Assembly (NCBI GenBank): GCA_023213395.1
Contig: CM041465.1
Location: 202,561,741 to 202,625,740 of the forward strand
DNA: 64,000 nt
From: Cycas panzhihuaensis
Taxonomy: Eukaryota; Plantae; Cycadophyta
Direction: 5' to 3'
Shown here: piece by piece, positions 52,017 to 64,000 of the stretch
Position numbering within the stretch: the stretch's first letter is position 1
Layout: each line of letters starts with the position of its first letter
Position numbers and translations under genes: made by a program
The notes under the pieces: model-generated
Databases searched by the model: none
What the model was told of the DNA's origin: nothing
The model's input: only the letters and a program-made list of their open reading frames with translations

Positions 52017-52607
52017 TGAGGTTACCCAGGGTGAGAGTAAGCGGTCTGATCACTACCAGAGAGTGGTCGAAGGAAAAAGCCTCCTAGGGTGCCAAAAGGC
52101 CGCTTCAGAAAGCGAACCATGCCACCAGACGGGGGAGCATCCCCTTTGGGGACCCCAAGAGTGAGAAAGGATTGCGGAAATGAGTCCAGGGCGACGAAAC
52201 GAGCCAAACGAGTATAAACTCGGGTATACATGGGAGTGGCATGTAAAACGAGATGGAAGGACCCAGGGAAAAAGTGCAAAAATGAGGCACCATAAATGCA
52301 CTTGTGAGAAAGCACAAAAAGGGTGTCAAGAGAGCACAACGGGTGATAGGGCTAGAAGGCAAAGGCAATCAGGGAAACGGGATGGTCCCAATGGCTATCG
52401 CAGAGCTAAAAATGGAAGAAGTGCCCATTGGGGCCCCCGCCTATATAAGGAAATCAAATGGAAAATGGATTCATTTTCACCAGCTCTTATGGGAAACTAG
52501 AGCCATTCCCTTATGCAGTGGAGCACTGCCCAACTTTGGAGGCACATAGGGAGAGACTGCATCGCTGGATCGAGAGGCGAAGAGAGCTCATGGATCGATA
52601 GGACGAG

Positions 52608-53909
52608 ATGGCAACAGTAAGACCGAATCCAATAAGTGGATATCACTAAACCCAACTCGTTTCAAAGTTTTAATTTTGTTGGTTTTTATAGTTTTTTATT
52701 ATGATTTTAGTACCCCGTATGGGCAATCAGAGGCTTCTCGGAGTCTGAATCAGACCCAGAAAGAGGTGGGGACCTAGGCGTTAGGGATCCCTAGTCCCGG
52801 TGGGCCCCATAGGGTCCACCAGAAAAAAAATTTATTTCTCGGGTCAGAAATCCCCCGATCGCCATAGGACCCGAGCTAAACTTAGTGGTACCGTTAAGTT
52901 CAGCGCGGTACAAAGGTAGAAAAGGTGAAAACAGAATAGGAGGGCCAAAAGAGCCTCAAATCCCAGACAGAGAGAGTTGAAAGAGAGTAAGGAGTGATGA
53001 TAGCTGATGTAAGGCTGACTTTGATTATTTTTGATGCAGATAGGCTGTTATCGCGGTGGATAACTGCGAGAATGTAGGTATGGCTATGTTGAGTTACATG
53101 GAGATGGTGTCCCAGGAGGACAGGGAGATCCTACAGAGGTGCGGCCTATACAAGACCTTGAAGATACCTTAATATGCATCAGATTAGAGGTTATTGGTTG
53201 ATATTGTATCCCATTGGGATAGGAGGAGACATGTATTCCACCTACCTCAGGTAGGTGATGTGATGGTTATGCTGAGAGACATATGGCAGATACTGGGAGT
53301 ATCAGTGACTGGGAGGCTGGTGAGACTGGGGACGCTGCCTAGCATTGAGGCAGCACATAGAGAGGCAGCCCTGTTCTTCACAGGAGCTGACAGGTGGGAG
53401 CAGAGGGGAGCTTCCCTCTAGACCATATTGATGTTAGGGATTCCTCGGGTGAGGAAATTGATTATACTGTGCGTTCTATTCTAGATTTCCCAGAAGTAGA
53501 ACTATAGGGAGATATCGGGTAGATGGTTGGATGCAGTACGCCACTGCGAAGCCGGCGAGAGGATGGACTAGGCGACCCTGATAGCGGTAAACCTCGTCGC
53601 TCAACTAGACACTATTAGGATGATCGGCAGAGGTGGGTTATCATATAGTACAGTTCTGTAGTGTTGGTTTTTTGATCATTTCGCGGCGGTGGCACCAGCG
53701 AGGGGACCACACCCCATCACAGAGCGGGCCTCGATGGTCCACAGGTGGCAGACTCGGTTGAGAGGGACAGAGGACCAGGCCCATGTCTGACAATCGGTGG
53801 AGGTGACATCGCTGGACCTCCTCATCCTACCAGACTACGTAGTAGAGCCATACAGGATGGTAAGATGGGACAGTGATGATGAGGCAGGCAGAGCAGGAGT
53901 GCCCACACT
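52608..53909 (+). pseudogene. Antisense spliced PMD (MAIN/MAIL-like) gene of element B, 3'-truncated
   Basis: Exon 1 52608-52631 (MATVRPNP); exon 2 from 53044. LLVDIVSHWDRRRHVFHLPQVGDVMVMLRDIWQILGVSVTG, CWFFDHF, DYVVEPY. Confidence 0.85.
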
Positions 53910-56900
53910 GGGAGATGTTAGCATGTTCCTGACATCATCAACATCTCAGAGCAAAGGCATGAGCTTCCTTGAAAAGGGATGCCCATAAATAGCCCATGCG
54001 AAGGATCCTCTGAGCCATAGACTGGCCCCAAAAGTGACCTCCACAAATACCATGGTGGCATTCGCGAAGCACTTAGTCAGCTTCGTTAGTAATGATGCAG
54101 CAGAGGAGGATCCCATCGAAGGACCTCTTGTATAATACCTCATCCATGAGGAGGTATTGCCTGGCAGAAGTCTGGATACGAGATCTAACTTTACTGCTGG
54201 CATCAGGGCAGTATTATTGATGTGTAAGATATTGTACTATATCACCATACCACTCATTATTAATGAGTGGACGGGGAGAGACCCCCTGAATCGTCAGGAT
54301 AGACTCATCAGGGAGAGAGTCATCAACAGGGACACTAAAGAAGTTAGGGATAGGGGCATCTGTGAGTTGCTCGGCCACTACCGTTCCCTTCTTTGATTTC
54401 CAGTTAACGATATGGAGGTCAAATTCTTGAAGTAGGATGGCCCATCAATCGGCCCTACCCGTCAAATCTGAGCGAGTGAGAAAGTATCGTAGGGGATCGA
54501 ATTGAACGATCACCTTGGTGGTGTTGCCAAGAAAGTAGTGTCTAAACTTCTTAGTCACGTGGACCAAGGAGAGGCACTCCTTCTCGACAAGAGAGTAGTT
54601 AAGTTCAGCAGCCATGAGGGTGCGACTGATGAAATATATAGCTCTCTCAAGCTAACATAGCGCCCAAGGATTCGTCAGTCGATGAGGTATACAGGACGAA
54701 GGGCCTATCGAATCAGGGAGGCGCCAGCGTAGGAGTGGAAGCAAGGGCTTCCTTAAGTCCTTCGAAGGTCTTTTGGGTCTTGTTAGACCAGGCAAAAGGA
54801 GCTCCCTTCTTTAATAGCTTCATGAGGGGTTTAGCGCTCATAACGAAGTCTGCTAAGAAGCGCCTGAGAAAACCAAGCCTTCCTAGAAATGACTTAATCT
54901 GTCGTTGAGTTTTAGGCAGTGACATATCAAGGATTGCCCTGACCTTGTTAGGATTAATCTAAATTCCTTGTTTAGACACAAGGAACCCAAGGAGTTTACT
55001 CGACGTAACGGCAAACATGCACTTGAGCGGATTTAGACTGACATGATACTTGCGACATCGTGAGAAGATGGCGCACAAGTCAGATAGATGATGGGCCCTA
55101 ACACGGGAGAGACCCATCATATCATCCGTGAAGACCTCCAATGTGTTATCAATGAGGTCGTGGAAAATGAAATGCATGGCTCTTTAGTAAGTAGCACCTG
55201 CATTCTTAAGACCAAAGGGCATCGCCTTATAGGCGAAGGTACCCTAAGGTGTAGTGAAGGCCATCTTGTGGCAGTCTTCAAGAGAAATCTGAATTTGGTT
55301 ATAGCCAGAGAAGCTGTCCATTAGAGACATGACTTCGAATCTAGCGGTGCGATCAATAATTTGATCAATAAAAGATAGTGGGAAGTTGTCCTTAGGACAA
55401 GCATTATTGATGTCACAGAAATTGACACATATACAAATTGCCCCATTCTTTTTGGCAACGGGGACAATATTTGAGACCCATTTAGGGTAGTCAATGGAAG
55501 TAATAAGCCCAACATCCAGAAGCTTCTCAACCTCCATCTTGATAGCGGCCGAGAGCTTTAGGTGAAGGGGATGCTACTTCTGGCGCACAGGGCAGGCGCC
55601 AGGAATGGTGGTGAGGTTATGAGTGACAATAGAGGGGCCAATTCCCTTCATGTTAGCATAATCCCATGCAAACACATCTCGAAACTCTTAGAACAGAAGG
55701 GAGTACTCCCTTATCTCATCAGGAGAATACTCTAACCTAACCTTAATGACCTTGCCAGGGGCTAAGACTATGTCTTGGGTTGCCCCTATGCACATGGCAT
55801 TGCCCTCCTCGAAGTAGAGAGGGGCAAGGTCAACAGGAAGAGGTGGAATAGGAGATGGGATCAGATTGGCAAGTGTGGATCCAATCGCAAGGACCTTTTA
55901 GTGACCAAGCCTGCGATGACCGGAAGGCAAGTTGGGTGCAAAACCCGCTAGATGCTCAAGCAGGGCTTCATCATCCTTGAAGTAATCCACCCCATGGATG
56001 ACCTTATTTTGAGTAGGGGAAGTACTAGAGGGAGTAAAAGCAACAGGATTGTGATGGTCATTAGGTTGCTCAACTTCCTCGTGAGACTCTAAAGGAGAAT
56101 AAAAAAGAGGCTCCTCGGAAGGAGCGAAAGGCAGTTCTTCGAAGCCACTACCTATGAGGGGTGAAGAGGGAGAAGAACTTATGATGGGTGAGTCGACACA
56201 AGCGATGACATGTAACACGCAGGAGTGGCTAGCCTCACTAACAAAAGAGGTTCTAGATGGGGATCTAGAATGAGACGGGTGTGACCTACTAGTGTGGAGG
56301 AAAGAGATGGGATGAAGACAATCCTCGTTCTTATCGTATGACTCATAATCACTAAATGAAGCAAGGTACCCATAGCTCCCAATGCCAATAGGGGAAAACC
56401 ACGTGAGACTAGGGAAAAAAGATATGAGATCTTCTTCAGATGGGTTAGGTATGCCAATAGAGTAAGCCGAGGCATGTGTAGAAGAACCTCGGTTTATCGA
56501 ATTGGTAGAATGAGTTTGCTTGGTAAATGGGCATTTGCGGGAAATCACTCTCATCCATCCATCATGGATGAATTTAAGTTGTCCCCAAAGAGTCGAGCAC
56601 ATGGCTCCCATTTGGTCGAGCCATGGGCGACCTAGAAGGAGGTTGCAGTCAACGTCAACGTCGAGGACTATAACATCGGCAAGAACTGTCTTACCCTCAA
56701 GGGTGAGCAGAATCGTGACAGATCCCAAAGGGGTCTTCTCGCTACCGTCATAACCTTGGCATTGCTATGGAACAGGTTCCAAGGTAGAAATACCAAGCTC
56801 TTGCATGACACACAAGGGCATGGCAGTGACAGAAGAACCATTGTCAATAACAGTCCTTCGAAGGGTACAATCAGATGTATCAATAGTGATAGTGAATGGG

Positions 56901-59638
56901 AAGTTCCATTGACGTTCCCTTTCACCGACGGGAGGAAGATCCTTAGGATCAAATGAAATAACGGGTCCATAACTTTGGGTAATGCCCAAAGCATGGACAG
57001 GCGCATCATTCAATCCTAAAGCTTCCAGGAGGAGGGCCCGCTGCTCGGGATAACTCCTCAAAATATCCATCAAGGACATTCCTGCGGCGACAGTATGAAG
57101 CTCATCCACGATGGAGAAGGGCTTACCCTTCACAGTAGGCTGGGTAAGTGCCTTTAAGAAAACGTAATGACTTGGGCATACAGGAATAGCCTTGGGAAAG
57201 AGAGGTATTTCCAGAGGAGGGTCAGAAGGAGCAGAAGAAGAAGAAGCTCCCGCTGCTTCCTTGGCGGCCTGAGACCGCGTAAGGGAATAGGAAGGAGTTG
57301 CCTCAAGCAACTAGATCACCTTCTTTCCCTTGTTCTGGGGCCGCGAAGGTGATGGGGTGCGATGGCTAAGGGAACGAGAGGAAGAGGACAAGTCCTAGGC
57401 ACCCTTCCCTTTGTCGCGGGAAGGACGAGAGTTAGGCGATCTTCCTCAGTTCCAGTTATTCTTGGTTTGGGTGTGTTCCCCATGTTTAGGGAACAGATCC
57501 TTGTGAACTGGTTGGTCCAAATTAAGCCTTGATGCCCGTTTAGAGGAAGAGTCACGTTGAGGGGAATCCTTAGGATGCTGGGCCCTACAACGTGAATCAT
57601 CATGGAAGCACTCCCCATGAATGGAGCACCACTTCTTCTTAAGCGGAGGATCTGACCTTCTTGCTTGAGAGGACTAGGTGTTTCCATTCCTGGGGAGAGG
57701 GGCTTGAGTTGTTTGTTGGACTTGTTTGTTAGATGTTGGGGATGAAGGGGCTTGAACCTTGAGTTCCTTTATTGTATGCTTAAACGAGTGTATGGCTGAT
57801 GTGAGAGGGTCTAAAGTCCTGTCAGTCGGATGAGAGGAAGACCAGGTAGGTTGTGAAGGTTTGGTATCTTTGGTTGAAGGTGGTGCCTCACGTTGCTGTG
57901 AGGGCTTAAGAGGTTTCTTGAGACTGGCTTGGATCTCAATAGCCTCCAATGCCAAACACTTGGCGATCATGGAGTTGCATGTGGTTGCCCCTATTTTAAG
58001 GACTTCCACATACACTTCAGGATAAAGTACATTGATGAAGACATCTTACTTCAACTCCTCGGGCAATATTGCCTTAGTGGAGTGAAGCAAGTCATGAAAT
58101 CACTGCACAAAGTCACGATTCATTTCATCGTGACCTTGTTTGAGCGAAAGGAGCGACTTTATTCCGCTCTTGAATGGACAGGCTACACCAAAATAGTTGA
58201 TGAACTCATCTACCAATTACTGGAATGAATGGATATAATAAGTAGGGAGACAGTAAAACCACTTAAGGGCATCACCCTGCAAGGATCACGGGAACAACTT
58301 CATTAGAATGTGGTCGTAGGCCCAGTAATTGATGCATGCCATAAAAAAGCTACGCACATGCTCCGCCGGGTCCTGCGATGAAGTTCCGTCAAATCTAGGA
58401 ACTTCAGGGGGATGAGGCAGCAGGTTTGTTCTTAACGCCTCAATAGACAGAGGTGTTGACCTAAAGTTCATGAAGGGGCATGCCCTTGCCTGGACCATAG
58501 GGTCAACGAATGACATAGTGGGTAATGAATAAAGAGCATATGAGGGTGGCATACCCGTCCCTCCTTGAGGAAACGCCCCCTATTGGGAAGAGGCTTGGGG
58601 ATAGGTGCCTTGGAAGGGTGTTAGGTTCCCTTGCGAAGGCACAACAAATGGAATTGCACTAGATGATGGAAAAGACGGATGCAGAACTGGGTTTTGTCCA
58701 TATGGGCCACCCGTAGGTGGGGCGACCCCATATGGGTGTAGCAGATCCACTCCATAAGCTGGGAGATGGCTTCCTCTACCCTGCCCCCAAGGTTGAGAAG
58801 TATACCCTGGGGGAACATAAAAGGAAGCACCAACGTGTTGGTTTTGAGGGTGTGTGGGAGTGGGTCCCACATGATTGATAGTCAAAAGGTTAGCAGGACC
58901 GATAGGCCTACTAGGAAAGGTATGTGCCACATTAGGGGATGTCACATTAGTTTGGCTAGGGATGGGTATGATAACCTTCAATTAGGGGAAAGACATACCA
59001 CAGGAAGATCTTGAAACACTAGGACCTTGGTGAGGAGCAGAAGGTGCAACATGTGCCTCTACTATAGGAATAGGAAAGGAGTGGGACATATGCCTGGGCA
59101 TAAAGGGATTGGTCATTACAAGAAGAGTAGATGAGGATGAGGCATGCAGGGGAGGAGCAAAATAGGAAGAGGCTCCTCCATAAAGAGCATTCTCAAACCA
59201 TCTAGGACGCGGTTGGAAACGTGCCACGTGGTGACACTCATTGAGAGCTTCAACTACATCGACATGAGAGGTTCCTATATACTCATAAGAGGTAGTTGGG
59301 ACCTTGAACAAAGTAGATCCCTCAGGACGCACCTCATAAGATTCATTGATTGAGTGATAAGTCTCAAGAGGAATAGATCCTTCTACTCCATGGGTAGAGG
59401 GATAGACGTTGAGCGAGTGATGTTGGTCACTTAGGTAATAAAGCAGGTCATCACCCTCCTGGGTGGACCCCGAGATAGAGGAAGGGAAATCATAGGTTTC
59501 TAAAGTTGAGGTGTGGTAGGTCCAATCAGAAGAGTATCCCTCCATAGTCAAATCAGAATCTGACAAAGAAAGAGGGTGATACTCGGGGTCTTCTAACAAT
59601 GGAGGCAGACCATGCAAGCGACGAGAAAAGCATTGCAT
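53910..59638 (-). pseudogene. Element B gag-PR-RT-RH plus integrase zinc-finger only, degenerate
   Basis: Gag PRFDGTSSQDPAEHVRSF; PR VIDNGSS..LLLGRPW; RT YPKWVSNIVPV..YNQIQI, VFTDD; INT N-terminus ECHHGICGGHF..C..CQEHAN. The sequence then joins directly to the PMD gene. Confidence 0.92.
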
Positions 59639-62600
59639 GTAAGGTCAATCAACAATATTAGGAAAAGGAAAGGGCAGTAAAGGCACATGCGTTGGGGGCT
59701 GCCCAACGAAGAGATCAAAGTAGGTAGAAAAAGGGCCACAAAAAGGTAGCAAAACCAATGGAAGAGAGCTGAAACTAGCTCCCCTACTGGCAGTCCCCAG
59801 TATGGTCACTAGTGGACGCTCGGCTATAGGATAGCTACCTAACTAAATAGGAATGGTAAGAGCGGTTGATAATATGATCGAGAAAGGGACCTATAAGTAG
59901 GGCAAGTACCACGTAGGGTGCCCTGTGCACCAGAGTGCGAGTTCGTGACCTGCAAATGGAATATAGCTACCAAAGGGTGATCCCCCCACTTCGAACAAAA
60001 GGTGAGGAGGTGTAGGGTTAGCCTGGGTTGACCTAAGGGAAGGATCCTCCCACCCTTTGATGGCCGGAAGGGGAAGGAGAGAGACCTTCAAGGGTTTCCC
60101 TAAAGTGATAGGAAACAAGGAAGGATAGGCAAGCAGGCGGCCTATGGACAGGGTCACCTTGGTTATCCAGCTAAGTGGGGAGCCAAGGGAACGTAAGAGA
60201 GATAACCCAAAGAGGTGGGTCAAGATATGTACGAGCAAACTAACCAAACAGACAATAAGGGAGGGAAGTTTGCACGACAAAAATGGGGGAAAGGTGAGAG
60301 GGAAGGTTTCCTAAGACCTTTTCCTATGGTAAAAGAAGATGCAAGCAATAAAGTAAATAAAGTATGAACTAAAGCAAGGTTGATTTCCTTTCTATTTCCA
60401 ATGAGTTAATTACTACTATGTAAAGGAAATTCAAAAGGAAAGAGTAATAAAGAGGGGCGAGAGCATGTACCCAAGATGAAAGCGTGTCGTAATGGTAGCA
60501 CTCCCAGGAGGCACTCAAAACTACTCCACAAGGTGCAGCGGTCGTGAAGAGTCACGGCGGATTAGAATGAGGGGCTTCCTTATCTTCCCCAGAAAAATAC
60601 TAAAGTACCAAACAAAGGAAAGAAAGGGACCAAATACTAGCAATAAATGAAGTATGAAAATACAACACGAATGGAAGTGCTTACTGGAAAAGGAAGAAAG
60701 GGAGAAAGGTCCTTTGTGCTTTCTGAGTACCTGCAAGTAAATGACAACCTCCCCCCCTTTTCAGAGAAAGGGTGCTAACATACAATGGAAAGATGTTAAC
60801 AATACATGTCTATGTAAAACAAATATAAACTTAAACACGTATATGTTAGTATCAACACAATGATGATAATATGTGAAGGAGGATAACCAAAGTAAATGGA
60901 AAGTAACCGGTAAGCCTCGGAGTGGCCTACCTCTCGCAAAGAACAACCCCAACCTCCCTTAAAAGCCACGAGGCAGTGAGAGTAAGGCTAAGAAGGATGG
61001 CTGGAAATAGTAGCAAGAGAGTTATAAGGAGCCAAAGAGGACCTATGGCAAGCCGGGGTGCTATGAAGAGCAAACCAGGCTGCCGGGAAAGGAGTTGGGC
61101 AAAGGACAAGCGATTGGGACTTATATGAGTTGCCCGAACCAAAGCATAAGCCCTCAAATCAGCATTGCAATGTGTGACAGTGCTGATTTCAGCAGCTAAG
61201 GAAGGCCCAACAAACCCTTGTTTGAGTGCCAAGGACAACACGGGGCAAGAGGGAAGGTTTGGGAGGCTAAGAGCCACTTGAGGAGCATGGAAGGTGGTAC
61301 GGAACCCACCCAACTCTCTCCCAAACCCTACGCAACCTCTCTTTGCCACTGCCATGAGCAACAAACGCAAGCAAGGAGGCACTAATGATAGGAGTAAAAC
61401 AGCCCAATACAAAGAGAGACACAACCTCCAAAAACCCAAGCAAGAGGACAAACAAAGTAGGGCATCAATTGAATAAGAAAATAGCTCAAATCAATGAATA
61501 CCTGAGGAGAGGAGGGGAGGCTCTTACCTTAGTCAAGGGCTGCTAATTAGAGGTTGAGAAATCAACCCAAAAATTATGGTGTAGCAGGTTTGGAACCCTA
61601 CTAATGGAGTTGGAGGAGGAACACCTACACTTAGAATGCTTGATGGCTACCTGGGTAAGAATCCACTGAGATCTCTCCAAAGGGGCCCTCTCTAAGGCGT
61701 GTGAAGGGATGGGAAGATGTCCTAGCCATACCAAAGGAGAGCTGGGTGTTGGAGGATAGGTGCAGGTCCTGTAGCAGCAGTTGAGTAGCAGAGAATAGTA
61801 GAGCATAGTGTGGTTTCCTTAAAGAGCAATCCAAAATATAAACCTAAGATCCCAAAAATGAGTTAATGATGACTTAAATACCCAGCCCAAACCCTAAAGC
61901 GAGCAATTAGGGCACAACTAGAGGTGAGTTAAGTTGCGAGACATGTGGCAATTTCATGATAAATGCAAAAATACCACGGTAGATTTTTAAAAAATAAAGT
62001 AGAACAGTCATCCCGCCGCAAAATCTGTGGTACCACAGAATTTCTGGTGATACCACGAAATTCGTGGCAGTATTCACCCAAGGGCAAAAACTGGCCCAGA
62101 TAGTCAGCCTAGACTATGGGCAGATGACAAAAACGGCCAATAGAGGGCTGATACACCTACCCGAGGGTAAACAAGCCAACAAATGAGTCCAAAAGAGCAA
62201 AAATAGGATTCAAACGATGTGGCAAGTCAACCAGACAATGACAGGTCATCACACGGGCAGAGGTTGCGCAAGCCGAGTGGATCTTGGAGAGAGGGGGGTA
62301 AAATATATGAAGTAGAACGGCCACCAGGGTGCTACACTTACTGGGAGTATGCCCCTGCTATAGTCGTCATAGGCTAAATAAGTGTAAACGAAGACAAAAT
62401 CGTCTACAAGGTCACAATATGCAAATATGTAAGCAAACACTCATCAAAAGAAAGTGATGATAAGGTGAGAAACATACCTGCACTTATCTGAGTCAGTAAT
62501 TCCGTATCCATTCCTGAAAGCTGGGAAATAGGTTCCCACTTGCTCATATAAGGTTGAAGTCTTCTCATATAAAGTGGACCCCATAAGGTGATTCTCATGG

Positions 62601-63060
62601 GCATTGTCACTAAGGTGGTGATATCCCATGGGGAAAGAAACTCCCACATCATGTGTAGGAAGATGATGGATATCTGGGTGCTCTTGATCACCCAGATAGA
62701 AAATGGGATCTTTACCCTCTTGGGTGGGACCCTGGAAAGAGGTTGAAAGTTGTTTGGTTTTGGAAATATAGGTGCGATAAACCTAATATGAAGATAATCC
62801 CTCCATAGCTAATTTAGAATCATATAAGGGAAGGGAAGAATAGGGTGAGTTTTCTAAAGAGGGAGGAAGGCCTTGCAAACGATGAGAGAATCTTCATATG
62901 CAAGCTCCTCCTAAGATTTAGAAGAAAGAGGGGTAAGCAGAACAAAGGATGTTGGGGGTTGCCCAATGAATTAAGAAGGGATACCAAAAGGAGAGGCAAC
63001 GGTAACAGGAAGGAAGCTAAGAAAGTTCCTTTACTGGTAGGTCCCTAGTATGGTCGCCAG

Positions 63061-64000
63061 TGGAAGCACACCTCTAGGGGGTCACTAAATACAAAGGGAT
63101 CAAGCCTACATAATTGCTAAACAAAGGGCTTAAAGTTACTTGAGAGTGGGGGAATAGGTCACCCACAAAGGGTGTTTATACGTTAGAACGTAGGTTCAAG
63201 GACCCGTAAATGGCATATAAGACCTTCCCTTTAGATGGGTACCTTCTTGGATTTGAAATAGGCAAAGGCATCCTCAATTTCTTGAGTAGGCTCAAAGGGG
63301 ACTCTCCTATCCTAACGAGTTAAGGAAGGAGAGGGAAGACAAAAGGGGCTTTTCCTAGGATAAAGGGAAAAAGAAGAGGTGAATCCTAGTGGAGAAGGGT
63401 GTCTATGGAACAAGAAAGGGGTAGCACATAGAAAGGATGTAAATGGCAGATTTGGTGTAAGAAAACCAACTCTTAGATGGGGTAAGGCAAGTAGGGCGCC
63501 TTACCAAAGGGCATTTAGAGGGAACGCCTCTAGGGTTTATGTGCACTAGACAGGTGACTAAGGAAGTCAAAAGTTTTGGGAGATGTCTCTATTTCGCTCA
63601 AGAAAGTGACATAATAATGTGAAATATAATTGCCACTAAATAAATGCAATTCAAAGGAAAAGAAAACTCTCTTCTTTATCTCTTGCTTCCTCTCTCTCCT
63701 TCTCTTTTATGAACGAAAAGACAAAGGAACAAAGGGGAAGAGTAAATACAAGAAAAGAGTGCAACGACTAGTGCAATTCATCCTAATGATACATAAGAAG
63801 AAAAGTAACCGTTAAGAGGCTTAAATCCCTTTATGTCCCTCCCCTAGTAAGTGCAAAGAGTATGCAAAGGGGAGGGAAGTGCAATAAGGGGAAAGAAACC
63901 ATTTTGTTATTCTTCGCTAAGGATGCAATATGGGTGGTATATCAACTCAAACTACCCTTGTTTGAATGCTTATACAACAAGGAAGGGAAAGAAATTGGGG
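63061..64000 (-). repeat. Element A 5' LTR (partial)
   Basis: Direct repeat of 33846-~34785, adjacent to the PBS. Confidence 0.92.

Larger units (their letters stand above)
48380..62530 (-). mobile_element. Ty3/gypsy Tat-type element B nested in element A; internally deleted
   Basis: LTRs 48380-51094 and 59813-62530 (~2.7 kb, about 90% identical by eye). Perfect TSD GGTTC (48375-48379 / 62531-62535). PBS TAGTGACCATACTGGGGAC (minus, ~59793-59811). Confidence 0.96.
33846..64000 (-). mobile_element. Ty3/gypsy Tat-type element A (5' LTR continues past window end), host of nested element B
   Basis: 3' LTR 33846-37086; 5' LTR from 63061 with the same TGGAAG... end. Arg-type PBS TGGCGACCATACTAGGGAC (63041-63059, minus); PPT AAGGGGGTAG (37087-37096, minus). 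Order gag-PR-RT-RH-INT, then antisense PMD gene and extra RNase H. Confidence 0.93.

Overview
Repeat-rich plant nuclear DNA. A large-genome gymnosperm-type host is likely, inferred from the Tat-type elements with a 3'-located extra RNase H and from heavy CG/CHG deamination. The only intact host gene is an intronless 3-ketoacyl-CoA synthase of the CER6/KCS5-6 type (7895-9460, minus), set in a CpG-retaining island. About 18 kb upstream lies an orphaned paralogous copy of its promoter/upstream block (27543-29021) with no CDS attached. The rest is layered, decayed transposons: copia and LINE remnants, a TSD-less Tat solo LTR interrupted by a non-autonomous copia-like element, and a three-level nest (old gypsy gag, then Tat element A at 33846->64000, then Tat element B at 48380-62530 with TSD GGTTC). 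Both Tat elements carry the same accessory module between integrase and the 3' LTR. It comprises an antisense, intron-containing plant-mobile-domain (MAIN/MAIL-like) gene with its own TATA box and 8-codon first exon, back-to-back with a stand-alone archaeal-type RNase H ORF. All identity figures are by-eye estimates; no searches were run.
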